From Eledone cirrhosa (taxonomy: Eukaryota): DNA of 64,000 nt. The position numbers were made by a program, and so were the translations under genes. The notes beneath the pieces were generated by a model. That model was given only the letters and a program-made list of their open reading frames with translations. It was not told the origin of the DNA and searched no databases. Shown piece after piece: positions 11,401 to 24,137 of this stretch. Position 1 is the stretch's first letter, and each line of letters opens with the position of its first letter. Location of the stretch: positions 76,384,001 to 76,448,000 of the forward strand of contig OZ024744.1 in assembly GCA_964016885.1 (NCBI GenBank), given 5' to 3'.

Positions 11401-14400
11401 GTGTACTTTAGTGTAGTGTGGTGCGGTGCGGTGCGGTGTAGTGTGGTCTGGTGGGGTGTGGTGTGGTGTGCTGTCGTGTGGTGTAGTGTAGTGTGGTGTA
11501 GTTTAGTGTGGTGTGGTGTGGTGTGGTGCGGTGTAGTGTGGTCTGGTGGGGTGGGGTGTGGTGTGGTGTGCTGTCGTGTGGTGTAGTGTAGTGTGGTGTA
11601 GTGTAGTGTGGTGTGGTGTGGTGTAGTGTGGTATGGTGCGGTGAAGTGTGGTGTGGTGTGGTGCGGTGTGGTGTAGTGTGGTGTAGTGTGGTGTAGTGTG
11701 GTGAGGTGTGGTGTGGTGTAGTGTGGTTTGGTGGGGTGGGGTGGGGTGTGGGGTGCTGTCGTGTGGTGTAGTGTAGTGTAGTGTAGTGTAGTGTAGTGTA
11801 GTGTAGTGTAGTGTAGTGTAGTTTAGTGTAGTGTAGTGTGGTGTGGTGTGGTGTAGTGCGGTGTGGTGTAGTGTGGTGTAGTGTGGTGTGAAGTGGTGTG
11901 GTGTAGTGTGGTCTGGCGTAGTGTAGTGTGGTGTGGCGTGGTGTGGTGTAGTGTGGTGTAGTGTGGTGTGGTGCGGTGTGGTGTGGTGTAGTGTGGTGTG
12001 GTGTATTGTGGTGTAGTGTGGTATGGTGTAGTGTGGTCTGGTGTAGTGTAATATGGTGTAGTGTGGTGTGGTGTATTGTGGTTTGGTGTGGTGTGGTGTG
12101 GTCTGGTGGGGTGTAGTGTGGTGTGGTGTGGTGTGCTGTCGTGTGGTGTAGTGTAGTGTAGTGTAGTGTAGTGTAGTGTAGTGTAGTGTAGTGTGCTGTG
12201 GTGCGCTGTGGTGTAGTGTGGTCTGGTGGGGTGTGGTGTGGTGTGCTGTCGTGTGGTGTAGTGTAGTGTAGTGTAGTGTAGTGTAGTGTAGTGTAGTGTA
12301 GTGTAGTGTAGTGTGCTGTGGTACGCTGTGGTGTAGTGTGGTCTGGTGGGGTGTGGTGTGGTGTGCTGTCGTGTGGTGTAGTGTAGTGTAGTGTAGTGTA
12401 GTGTGGTGTGGTGTGGTGTGGTGCGGTGTGGTGTAGTGTGGTCTGGTGGGGTGTGGTGTGGTGTGGTGTGCTGTCGTGTGGTGTGGTGTAGTGTAGTGTA
12501 GTGTGGTGTGGTGTGGTGTGCTGTCGTGTGGTGTAGTGTGGTGGGGTGTGGTGTGGTGTGGTGTGGTGTGGTGTGTTGTGGTGTGGTGTAGTGTGGTGTG
12601 GTGTGGTGTAGTGTGGTGTAGTGTAGTGTGGTGTAGTGTAGTGTGGTGTGGTGTGGTGCGGTGCGGTGTAGTGTGGTCTGGCGTAGTGTAGTGTGGTGTG
12701 GCGTGGTGTGGTGTAGTGTGGTGTAGTGTGGTGTAGTGTAGTGTGGTGTAGTGTGGTTTAGTGTAGTGTGGTGGGGTGTGGTGTGGTGTGGTGTGGTGTA
12801 GTGTGGTGTGGTGTGGTGTAGTGTGGTGTGGTGTGGTGTAGTGTGGTGTAGTGTAGTGTGGTGTAGTGTAGTGTGGTGTGGTGTGGTGCGGTGCGGTGTA
12901 GTGTGGTCTGGCGTAGTGTAGTGTGGTGTGGCGTGGTGTGGTGTAGTGTGGTGTAGTGTGGTGTAGTGTAGTGTGGTGTAGTGTGGTTTAGTGTAGTGTG
13001 GTGTGGTGTAGTGTGATGTAGTGTGGTGTGGTGTGGTGCAGTGTGGTGTAGTGTGGTGTAGTGTGGTGTAGTGTGGTGTGGTGTGGTGTGGTGTAGTGTG
13101 GTGTGGTGTAATATGGTGTAGTGTGGTTTGGTGTGGTGTGGTGTAGTGCAGTGTGGTGTAGTGTGGTGTAGTGTGGTGTGGTGTGGTGTGGTGCAGTGTG
13201 GTGTGGCGTGGTGTGGTGTGGTGCAGTGTGGTGTGGTGAGGTGTAGTGTGGTGTAGTGTGGTGTAGTGGGGTGTGGTGCGGTGTGGTGTGGTGTAGTGTG
13301 GTGTGGTGCGGTGTGGTGTGGTGTAGTGTGGTGTGGTGTAGTGTGGTGTAGTGTGGTGTGGTGAGGTGTAGTGTGGTGTAGTGTGGTGTAGTGTGGTGTG
13401 GTGCGGTGTGGTGTGGTGTAGTGTTGTGTGGTGTAGTGTGGTGCAGTGTGGTGTGGTGAGGTGTAGTGTGGTGTAGTGTGGTGTACTGTGGTGTGGTGCG
13501 GTGTGGTGTGGTGTAGTGTGGTGTGGTATAGTGTGGTGTAGTATGGTGTGGTGTAGTGTGGTCTGGTGTGGTGTAATATGGTGTAGTGTGGTGTGGTGTA
13601 GTGTGGTTTGGTGTGGTGTGGTGTGGTCTGGTGTGGTGTGGTGTAGTGTGGTATGGTATGGTGTAGTGTGGTGTGGTGTGCTGTGGTGCGGTGTGGTGTA
13701 GTGTGGTGTAGTGTGGTGTAGTGTGGTGAGGTGTGGTGTGGTGTAGTGTGGTGTAGTGTGGTGTGGTGTGGTGTGGTCTGGTGGGGTGTGGTATGGTGTG
13801 GTGTGGTGTGCTGTCGTGTGGTGTAGTGTAGTGTAGTGTAGTGTGGTGTGGTGTGGTGTGGTATGGTGTGGTGTAGTGTGGTCTGGTGGGGTGTGGTGTG
13901 GTGTGCTGTCGTGTGGTGTAGTGTAGTGTAGTGTAGTGTGGTGTGGTGTGGTGTGCTGCGGTGTGGTGTAGTGTGGACTGGTGGGGTGTGGTGTGGCGTG
14001 GTGTGCTGTCGTGTGGTGTAGTGTAGTGTAGTGTAGTGTAGTGTAGTGTAGTGTGGTGTGGTGTGGTGTGGTGTGGTGCGGTATGGTGTAGTGTGGTCTG
14101 GTGGGGTGTGGTGTGGTGTGGTGTGCTGTCGTGTGGTGTAGTGTAGTGTAGTGTAGTGTAGTGTGGTGTGGTGTGGTGTAGTGTGGTCTGGTGGGGTGCA
14201 GTGCGGTGCAGTGTAGTTTGGTGTACTTTAGTGTAGTGTGGTGCGGTGCGGTGCGGTGTAGTGTGGTCTGGTGGGGTGTGGTGTGGTGTGCTGTCGTGTG
14301 GTGTAGTGTAGTGTGGTGTAGTTTAGTGTGGTGTGGTGTGGTGTGGTGCGGTGTAGTGTGGTCTGGTGGGGTGGGGTGTGGGGTGGTGTGCTGTCGTGTG

Positions 14401-16756
14401 GTGTAGTGTAGTGTGGTGTAGTGTAGTGTGGTGTGGTGTGGTGTAGTGTGGTATGGTGCGGTGAAGTGTGGTGTGGTGTGGTGCTGTGTGGTGTAGTGTG
14501 GTGTAGTGTGGTGTAGTGTGGTGAGGTGTGGTGTAGTGTGGTTTGGTGGGGTGGGGTGGGGTGTGGGGTGCTGTCGTGTGGTGTAGTGTAGTGTAGTGTA
14601 GTGTAGTGTAGTGTAGTGTAGTGTAGTGTAGTGTAGTTTAGTGTAGTGTAGTGTGGTGTGGTGTGGTGTAGTGCGGTGTGGTGTAGTGTGGTGTAGTGTG
14701 GTGTGAAGTGGTGTGGTGTAGTGTGGTCTGGCGTAGTGTAGTGTGGTGTGGCGTGGTGTGGTGTAGTGTGGTGTAGTGTGGTGTAGTGTAGTGTGGTGTA
14801 GTGTGGTTTAGTGTAGTGTGGTGTGGTGTAGTGTGATGTAGTGTGGTGTGGTCTGGTGCAGTGTGGTGTGGTGTGGTGTGGTGCAGTGTGGTGTAGTGTG
14901 GTGTGGTGTAGTGTGGTGTGGTGTGGTGTAATATGGTGTAGTGTGGTTTGGTGTATTGTGGTTTGGTGTGGTGTGGTGTGGTCTGGTGGGGTGGGGTGCG
15001 GTGTGGTGTGCTGTCGTGTGGTGTAGTGTAGTGTAGTGTAGTGTAGTGTAGTGTGCTGTGGTGCGCTGTGGTGTAGTGTGGTCTGGTGGGGTGTGGTGTG
15101 GTGTGGTGTAGTGTGGTGTAGTGTGGTGTAGTGTGGTGTGGTGCGGTGTGGTGTGGTGTAGTGTGGTGTGGTGTATTGTGGTGTAGTGTGGTATGGTGTA
15201 GTGTGGTCTGGTGTAGTGTAATATGGTGTAGTGCGGTGTGGTGTATTGTGGTTTGGTGTGGTGTGGTGTGGTCTGGTGGGGTGGGGTGCGGTGTGGTGTG
15301 CTGTCGTGTGGTGTAGTGTAGTGTAGTGTAGTGTAGTGTAGTGTGCTGTGGTGCGCTGTGGTGTAGTGTGGTCTGGTGGGGTGTGGTGTGGTGTGCTGTC
15401 GTGTGGTGTAGTGTAGTGTAGTGTGGTATGGTGTGGTGTGGTGTAGTGTGGTGTAGTGTGGTGTAGTGTGGTGAGGTGTGGTGTGGTGCAGTGTGGTGTG
15501 GTGTGGTGTGGTGTGGTGTAATATGGTGTAGTGTGGTTTGGTGTGGTGTGGTGTAGTGCAGTGTGGTGTGGTGTAGTGTGGTGTAGTGTGGTGTGGGGTG
15601 GTGTGGTGCGGTGTGGTGCGGTGTGGTGTGGTGTAGTGTGGTGTGGTGTAGTGTGGTGTAGTGTGGTGTCGTGAGGTGTAGTGTGGTGTAGTGTGGTGTA
15701 GTGTGTTGTGGTGCGGTGTGGTGTGGTGTAGTGTGGTGTGGTGTAGTGTGTTGTAGTGTGGTGTAGTGTGGTGTGGTGCGGTGTGGTGTGGTGTAGTGTG
15801 GTGTGGTGTATTGTGGTGTAGTGTGGTATGGTGTAGTGTGGTCTGGTGTAGTGTAATATGGTGTAGTGTGGTGTGGTGTATTGTGGTTTGGTGTGGTGTG
15901 GTGTGGTCTGGTGGGGTGTAGTGTGGTGTGGTGTGCTGTCGTGTGGTGTAGTGTAGTGTAGTGTAGTGTAGTGTAGTGTAGTGTAGTGTGCTGTGGTGCG
16001 CTGTGGTGTAGTGTGGTCTGGTGGGGTGTGGTGTGGTGTGCTGTCGTGTGGTGTAGTGTAGTGTAGTGTAGTGTAGTGTAGTGTAGTGTAGTGTAGTGTA
16101 GTGTAGTGTGCTGTGGTACGCTGTGGTGTAGTATGGTCTGGTGGGGTGTGGTGTGGTGTGCTGTCGTGTGGTGTAGTGTAGTGTAGTGTAGTGTAGTGTG
16201 GTGTGGTGTGGTGTGGTGCGGTGTGGTGTAGTGTGGTCTGGTGGGGTGTGGTGTGGTGTGGTGTGCTGTCGTGTGGTGTGGTGTAGTGTAGTGTAGTGTG
16301 GTGTGGTGTGCTGTCGTGTGGTGTAGTGTGGTGTGGTGTGGTGTGGTGTGGTGTGGTGTGGTGTGGTGTGGTGTGGTGTGGTGTGGTGTGGTGTGGTGTG
16401 GTGTGGTGCGGTGTGGTGTAGTGTGGTCTGGTGGGGTGTGGTGTGGTGTGCTGTCGTGTGGTGTGGTGTAGTGTAGTGTAGTGTGGTGTGGTGTGGTGTG
16501 CTGTCGTGTGGTGTGGTGTGGTGTGCTGTCGTGTGGTGTAGTGTAGTGTGGTGGGGTGTGGTGTGGTGTGGTGTGGTGTGCTTTCGTGTCGTGTGGTGTA
16601 GTGAAGTGTGGTGTGGTGTGGTGTGCTGTCGTGTGGTGTAGTGTAGTGTGGTGGGGTGTGGTGTGGTGTGGTGTGGTGTTGTGTGCTTTCGTGTGGTGTA
16701 GTGTAGTGTAGTGTAGTGTAGTGTAGTGTAGTGTAGTGTGGTGTGGTGTGGTGTGG
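5424..16756. repeat. ~11.3-kb (GTGTR)n pentanucleotide satellite with higher-order duplications
   Basis: GTGTG/GTGTA monomers with recurring variant words; identical ORF translations at 11371-11586 and 14191-14406 (2820-bp offset). Confidence 0.97.
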
Positions 16757-16789
16757 CGCGGTGAGGTTTTTCAATTATAAACTGGACTG

Positions 16790-17081
16790 GCAATCAGTCG
16801 GTTACGATGACACGTGTCCCAGTTGATCCGATCAACGGAACAACCTGCTTGTGAAATTAACGTGTACACTTAACGTAGTTGTCAGGGAGATACGGCGTGA
16901 CACCGAACGTGATAAGGCTGGTCCTTCGAACTACAGGTACAAATCATTTTTGCCAGCTGAGTGGACTGGAGCAACGTGAAATAAAGTGTCTTGCTCAAGG
17001 ACACAACTCGCCGCCGGAATCGATCTCACGACCTTTCGATTGTTAGCTGAATACCCTAACCACAAAGCCACGCGCATTCAC
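16790..17081 (-). mobile_element. tRNA-derived SINE with CORE-like domain (octopus OR/OK-like)
   Basis: Minus-strand head gcgtggctttgtggttagggt...gagatcgattccggc followed by gtgtccttgagcaagacactttatttcacgttgctccagtccactcagctg. Confidence 0.75.
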
Positions 17082-17119
17082 TTCCGGATTGTTTGAGTTT
17101 TATTATTGTTGGATATTTA

Positions 17120-17560
17120 GGGCGATGGATTGGCAGTATCGGTAAAGGATCCGACACCATGCTTTGCAGAATAGAGTTACGGTCCCTGGCGGTCTGGGTT
17201 CAAATCCCACCGAGGTTAACTTTGCCTTTCATCCTTACGAGGTCGATAAAATAAAGTACCAGTCACGAAATGGGGTCGATTTAATCGACTTTCCCCTCCC
17301 CCAAATTACTGGCCTTGTGCCTATAATAGAAATCATCATTAAGAATGGTGGATTGGCAGTATCGGTAGAGGGTCGAGCACCATGCTTTGAAGCATAGAGT
17401 TACGTCCCTTTAGGATCTGAATTCAAAATCCGCCGAGGTTAATTTTGCCTTTCATCTTTACGATGTCGATAAAATAAAGTACCAGTCACGAAATGGGGGT
17501 CGATTTAATCGACTTTCCCCTCCCCCAACATTGCTGGCCTTGTGCCTATATAAGAAACCA
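17120..17560 (+). mobile_element. Two tandem SINE family A copies
   Basis: About 17120-17335 and 17345-17560; both have A/B boxes and body. Confidence 0.85.
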
Positions 17561-17944
17561 TTATTGTTGGATATTTGGAATGTAATATTGTTAAAACTGC
17601 AGAACCTTGACATTGTTCTTCTTATCGAAGGGTTTATTACATTTGAATGTGATGGGGGAAATGTCTACTTATCAAGTACAGGATGTCACCTGTTATTGAA
17701 GACAATGCTCATAATACAAGTGGGGTGGAGGAAACCATATTGTTTTTAATATAATGGAGTGTTTAATACATAATTTAGTTGTTTGTTTGTAACCACTTCT
17801 TGCTAAAGTTTCTTCCTATTAAAACAAGCAAGAGGCGAGTGGGTAAATTGAATTCTTCTTTTTATTTTTTGGTTGAAGAACCGGTTGAATAATTTCCGAC
17901 TAAGCTGGTAATGTTTGTTGGAGTGTTATCTAGTTAGTTAAGGG

Positions 17945-18558
17945 CTGTGGATTGGCAGTATCAGTAGAGGGTCGGACGCCATGCTTTGCAGCAAAGAGTT
18001 ACGGCCCTTTATGGTTTGAGTTCAAATCCCGCCGAGGTTAACTTTGTCTTTCATCCTTACGGGGTCGATAAAATAAAGTACCAGTAATGCACTGGGATAA
18101 TTGCTGGCCTTGTGCCAAAAGTAGAAATAGTTATTTAGTTATTTAGAAATTTTGCTTTCATAAGCTATATCTCCTTTTTGGTTTCTAAAGTAGTGATAAA
18201 TGTTTCTATTTTGGGGAGGGGAAAGTCGACCAAACTGACTCCAATGCATGACTGGTACTTTAATTTATCGATTCCGTAAGGATGAAAGGCAAAATTAACC
18301 TCAATTGAACTCACAACTGAAAAGGCCATAACTCTATGCTGCAAAGCATCGTGTCTGACGCTAGGAGTAATAATTGTTTCTACTTTTGGCACAAGGCCAG
18401 CAATTACCCCAGTGCATTACTGGTGCTTTATTTTATCGACCCCGTGAGGATGAAAGCAAGGTTAACCTCGGCGGGATTTGAACTCAGAACCTAAAAGCCC
18501 ATAACACTATGCTGCAAAGCATGGTGTCTGGCGCTCTACCGGTAATGCCAATCCACTG
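17945..18558. mobile_element. SINE family A cluster: + copy 17945-18128, - copies 18205-18362 and 18372-18558
   Basis: Direct sequence match to family A in both orientations. Confidence 0.85.
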
Positions 18559-21217
18559 CTAGGAGTAATAATGCTTGTCTGACGTCATATCTAACTATAT
18601 AAAACCTAATACATTGACGATACTAAGACAATTCTAAGATTTGCTCTAATACGAGTTAATCCTAAATTTAAATTCTTTAAATATGCTTATTAGATATTTG
18701 GTAAAGTTCTCTGTACTACTTACATTCAAATTGTGGGTGACTGCTGGATGAGTTTATTCTTTTATTAAGGGTGTCTAAAATGTAAAAAGGCGTCTAATTT
18801 GCAGACTTCGGCGCCAACGAAACAACTCTTTAGAGCCACCAAAAAGTTCCACACCCTGAACGAGTTATCATAAAACAAAAGCTATTTCCTGGCGTTCTTT
18901 ATAATGCTGACATCGGTCATGATAATAGCAATGAATTCCCAGGATATACATATATATATATATACTAGCTAAACTACCCGTCCTTTTGACGGTTCAAGTA
19001 GCTTTCGATGTAGCTCATTAAACTAAACAAAGTAAATTTGAATACATAGAAGAAAAACGTACTTTATGTAAACATGAAAACCTTAGGCACTATTCCAGTG
19101 AAATAATTCGGTGTCATCCGTTATTCCATGTAACAACAGAAATCCAGTCTAGGTATACATTTTTTTCCCAACAGTAAAAGCGCATCATGAAATAGAGAAG
19201 TGAAGTGAATAATAGACACTATTATGTACATAGGTTGGAATAACAATACAGATTGGACACAACAGGGGGGAACTGATGGATGAGCAAATCGTTATAAAAA
19301 GAGGTGGATGTTGGGTGGGAGCACTCATTGTCTTTTGGATTATTGAAGAGCAGATTTATACACAACATTTTTGGTTTTCCCATCAGGAGCATAAATAAAT
19401 AGGTTGTCAGGGTTACCAACTCGAGAACAGCCAACGTAAAACTGACCATGTGAAAAGCAATGGGTTTTGAAGATCCAGACAAACAACTTTAAGAGATTGG
19501 TCTTGAGATTTGTTTATGGTCATTGCAAAACTAAGCGTGTGTGTGAATTGTAACCTTTTCATGGGAAATGGACAATCAGAAGGGGTAAAAGGAATTTTAG
19601 GAATAAAAACAGATTCATTTCGCCCGGGTCCTGTGATTATTTCTTCCTCAATTACAAGGTTCATCAGTTGCTTTACCACCAGTCTTGTTCCATTACAAAG
19701 AAGGGGGGGGGGGGGGAGTTAAATTACGTAGCAGGATAACAGGAGATCCACCTTTTAGATAAACTCCTGAGGAGGTAGTCCTGGAGGATCCTGAGAGTTA
19801 AGAAACTCTGGTGGGAAGTTGGTCACTTGATCAAAGTCTGTAACAGTGTCAACTGACTTGTAACAGCGTTGCATAGAGGGCAACTGACCAACTATTTCGT
19901 GATTGATCAGCTTAACAGCAGCATTTGTGGGTGCAAGAATAGCCCTCTCACAAAGCCAATTAGGATTCATGAATTCAGTTGAAAGATTTGGATAAACTGA
20001 AGAACATAAGTCATCGGGCGTTGAGACTGAGCGTCCAATGGTAGAAGTGTCAATGTGCCCATTGACGTCGGACTCAAGTTGACCATCACCGATTTGGAGG
20101 AGTTGAGTGGAAAATGGCGTAGACGGACGACTAGTTTGTAATAGCGATCGCATATTAATTGTTAGTTTTTGTACATCAACAAACTGCCAAAATGAGGACT
20201 TTTTAAGCAGGCGTCCACTTCATCAGCAGGTGATCCATTTGGTACCACGGGAAGTGTCTGTCTGAAGTTACCTGCGAGAAGAAGAGTGGCTCCTCCAAAT
20301 ATATTGTCATTAGATCTAAGATCTTTCATTGTGGTATCTAGTGCCTGAAGAGAGCCTTTATGGGACACGGTTGCCTCATCCCACACAATTAGTTTACAGC
20401 TTTTCAACAGAGCAGCTTCGTCAGAACTATGTGAGATATTGCAGATGGGATTCTCTTGATGGACGACGTTCAGTTGCAGCTTGAAGGTCGAGGGTGCTGT
20501 GCGCCACCTTCTAAAAGAGTCGCAGCTATACCGGAAGAGGCAACAGCAAGTGCAATGTCGCCATTCTGCCTTACCTTAGCAAGAATAAGATTAAGCAGAA
20601 ATGTTTTACTGGTCCCTCCAGGTGCATCTATGAAGATAATCCTGCCAGTATTGCTGTATACCTTGTTTAGAACGGATTATGCGCATTAAATGTCTTGCGT
20701 ATTAAATGATTATGCGCATTAAATGTCTTGCGTAGCATCTTGTTATGTGGAACAACACATTGATTGTCAATTGTAAATTCTCGGTTAGATCCATGTTTGA
20801 TTGTTGCTGTGAAACCGCCATGTCCAGGAGCCTTCTGAGATATATTGGGTAACCGTCGCTACCTGTGATCGTCTCAGCCAAAAGCTTTCGTGGATATTTC
20901 TTATTGCATTTTACGTTTGCCATGCACGAATACGTAGAATTAAAGTGCCGACATGGCCGATGAACCATATTTTTTCGAATGATTTCGTACAACTGGGGGG
21001 TCTTCATTGGGATTTGCACTTATGACTGTGTCCACGTCAGAAGGGCGAAGTTTGCATTGTAGCCAGAGTAAGATTTGGGCGTGAGGTAGACCACGTTTTT
21101 GCCATTCAACAGTATACATAAAACATTTGATCGGCCCGAAAATGTCACCACATTTAAACAAATCAATCATTTTACGAACTTTAAGATGAAAAACGCGAGC
21201 AGTGATATCATGGCGAT

Positions 21218-21677
21218 GTTACTTTATTTGTACTTGTGTCGACATTCACCCTGGACGGGTTGAGCCGGCTTCTTCCCTTGTCCTAACGGCATCCCGAACC
21301 ATGGCAGCCCACGCACGACGGTCTCGGGCTAGGTCACTGGAGATAGCGAGCCAGTCACGGTTTCATCGGCGCAGGCCGACCACCTGCGGACCTGAGAGTT
21401 CGGAGAGGTCCTCCTTGATCGTCGTTGCCCAGGTCTTCAGCTGCCCCCCAACGCGCTTGCGCCTGTTAGGGAGTGGATACGGGAGGAGAACATCGCGGAT
21501 CAGCTCACACTCAGGGCGCCGGGCTGCATGACCAAACCATCTCAAGCGCCGTTGCAGAAGCACTGAAGGAAGGGGTCGAAGATTCAGGCGAAGACAAAGA
21601 GTGGTGGTAGGTACCCGATCAACGCGTCGGCAGCGAAGAATGCGGCGGAGACAGTCATTGTCAAAGACCTCCAGCCA
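21218..21677 (-). mobile_element. RTE-clade LINE 3' fragment
   Basis: LEVFDNDCLRRIL...LQRRLRWFGHAARR...RKRVGGQLKTW (RTE/CR1-type C-terminus); short CAAGTA-like tail near 21218-21240. Confidence 0.75.
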
Positions 21678-21873
21678 TCATAGGCCATGTTGCTAAACAC
21701 AGAGTTCAAGATTTTGGCGAAGGTGCTAGCAAAGAGGTTGGCGCTTGTCGTTGGTGGTCTGCTGGGAGAGGCGCAGACATGTGCCATTCCAGACAGATCC
21801 ATCCAGGACAACCTGCACCTCATGCGATACATCGTGGAGAGGGTAAGCTAGGGAACCTGGTACGGGTGGGTCC
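21676..21873 (+). mobile_element. Tx1-clade LINE reverse transcriptase fragment
   Basis: Translates LLNTEFKILAKVLAKRLALVVGGLLGEAQTCAIPDRSIQDNLHLMRYIVERV. Confidence 0.8.
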
Positions 21874-21990
21874 TTGTGTGTCTGTGTGTGTGTTTGTGTG
21901 TGTATTTGTGTCTGTGTGTGGTTTTATGGTATATCTATAACACAACAACAGCAGCAACAACAACGACAACGACAACAACAGTAACAACAG

Positions 21991-22313
21991 CAATAATAAT
22001 AATAATAATGGTTTCTTTATTAACAACAAGGGTTTACACAAAGTAAGACATTAAGGACAGTACAGTACAATACAGGACAATACAGGACGGTACAAATGGG
22101 CATTTCTGCGAGTAAAAAAAAAAAAAAGGATGTGACAAAAAAGAAACAATGAAAAATTCCCCAGTAGGGGGGAGACGTCCGAAGACCATTGAGGAGAAAG
22201 CCCATTAAAAAAGCCACGGTGACCCTGACCACCAGGGCAAGTGCTCTCTCCCAGTTTTTCACCTTCAATTTACAGGCACATACTCAGAGTAGGCCCATTC
22301 ACTCGGGCCATTC
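21991..22313 (-). mobile_element. Tx1-clade LINE 3' end with (ATT)n tail
   Basis: Homologous to 27736-28090 and to 1-120. Confidence 0.8.
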
Positions 22314-24137
22314 TCATGGCGATCTGCGGGTCGTTGGCCCGGAAGTAAGCTCATTTGGATGTCCTCCCCTTTGGGGTTGCATGTGAACGTTATGAAAAGG
22401 TCAGGGCGGTTGTAAAGACGAACGTATGTGAGAGCCTCCTGCATCTTTTCATGCATATACCTCGTGCCGCCTGTATATAACGATGGCAGGATGATTCGAA
22501 TATCAACCTCAGAAGCAGTTACATTGTCATTGCTATTAACCTCGTCTCGAACCTTGGCATATTCATCTGCACAGAGCTGCTTTTGATTATGGCGAATCTA
22601 AAGAAGTCGTTCCGAGTCAATCTGCAAGAGTAAGGAATAGGATGGTTATGCAAAGATTTTAATAAAAATTATAGGTACACATGACTGAAAGGGGAGTAAA
22701 TCCTACCTTAGCATACATATCCACACAATACTGATTCAGAAGAGCCCCTACTCTGTGAAGACTGTTGAAGTTGTTCGTTCTAAGCACCAATCTGTAACTG
22801 TAGAAGTTCATCTGGGAAACCATTTTTGGAGGCTCTGCTGTTTGGTGTGTTGTAGGTACAATGGTAAGGATATCAGGACTGTATCCATTCTCTCCATAGG
22901 AAAAGAGTAAGGGGTATTGAAGGGCGTCATAGGCTGGACTTAGTTCATTGATCTTCTTAACACGGGAATCCTGCCACTCTAGGATGATATCTCTTTTGGA
23001 AAGAGTTGCATTGGGATTGCAAAGCAAAACAGCAACCTCCTCTGTTTCGGGTCGGTTGTAACAGCGGTGACGTTCCCCAAGAGGAATCCTGTCACTTCTA
23101 ATAACAACCTTAAAGTTGGCATTATCTGCCTGGCGTCGTTGAATAGCCGTTTTAAATTGGTTGATATACCGGTTGTGCTCATGAAGCATTTCCTGAAAAG
23201 GTCCAAGAACAGCCGTGTATATGCCTGGAGCAACAGCAGCCCTACGTGCAATTTGCTTTCTCTCTGGTCCCATAAAATATATCTGAAGAAAATTATGATG
23301 AGAAGCATCTGTTGGTAGAAGAGAACCGATTAAATGGTACGTCTATCCCTTAATGGTAAAAGTGGGATTAAAGTTTACATAAGATATGGGCCAAAACTTG
23401 TCATTTGAAATGCAGAAGAGTATGCCCGTATTTGGTTCATGAAATCTTGAGAATATGGATGCTCACCAAGCAGAAGGGACTTTAAAGGCTGTAGCGTTTC
23501 AGGGCTGTTGGGCAGAGAAACCTTTCCATTTGAGCAGCATAGATCAACAGGCTCTCCCGGCCAAGTACTTTACAGTGTAGACAGATTTTGGACATACGAC
23601 TAATGGCAACATCTTTGTGGTCAGCATAATTTTTAGAGGGGTCATAATGAAAGTCTTTAAAAACCCATATATTCCTCGTAGGCTTTGATGCACCAAGCAG
23701 AACAGCTTCATGATGCGCAATTGTTTGTAGTCGAGTAGTTCTTTCAACCAATGTTTCAGAAGCTATCGCAGCAGTCTGATAAGCACAATCGGAAGCCTGG
23801 CGACGTATACGTTGTTCAGGTGTCTCCGCAGCTCTCGAGACAGCAGTCGCGGCAGCATTACGTTTTGTTCGAGTTGCACGCTGTTCAGGTGTCTCCGCAG
23901 CTCTTGAGGCAGCAGTCGCGGCAGCATTCAGCGCTAACCGAATAGTATGTTCCTCTGTAGACTAATTTGATCGTGAAGCAGCAGTGGTTTGTGCATATTT
24001 TGCCATACGGGCCGCAATTTTTTCTACTGAGTATCAATGTGATGAATGCGAAGTATTGAGTCTTGCGTTGTAGGCAACTAATGTGGATAACCTAGTTGTC
24101 CTCTGCTCCTCAGTTTCATTAGCTCGACATTGCTTTC

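Larger units (their letters stand above)
18965..24135 (-). mobile_element. Decayed autonomous-type Helitron (RepHel), 5'-truncated, internally deleted and interrupted
   Basis: 3' terminus CTAG (18965-18968) preceded by hairpin CCGTC-N5-GACGG; PIF1 helicase motifs (APGGTSKTF, LIVWDE, GNFRQTLPV, FAMTINKSQ); Rep motifs (PDLFITFTCNP, VEWQKRGLPHAQILL, YDALQYPLLF); N-terminal ETxEQR repeats; many stops and frameshifts. Confidence 0.93.

Noticed and set aside
14228-16793. 848-aa and 661-aa His/Thr/Pro/Tyr-rich ORFs
   Set aside because: They are translations of the (YACAC)n strand of the satellite, which lacks stop codons by composition; no evidence of coding
18740-18840. ctggatgag...aacgaaac possible hammerhead
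   Set aside because: The core has an insertion, and stem III and the cleavage triplet do not pair
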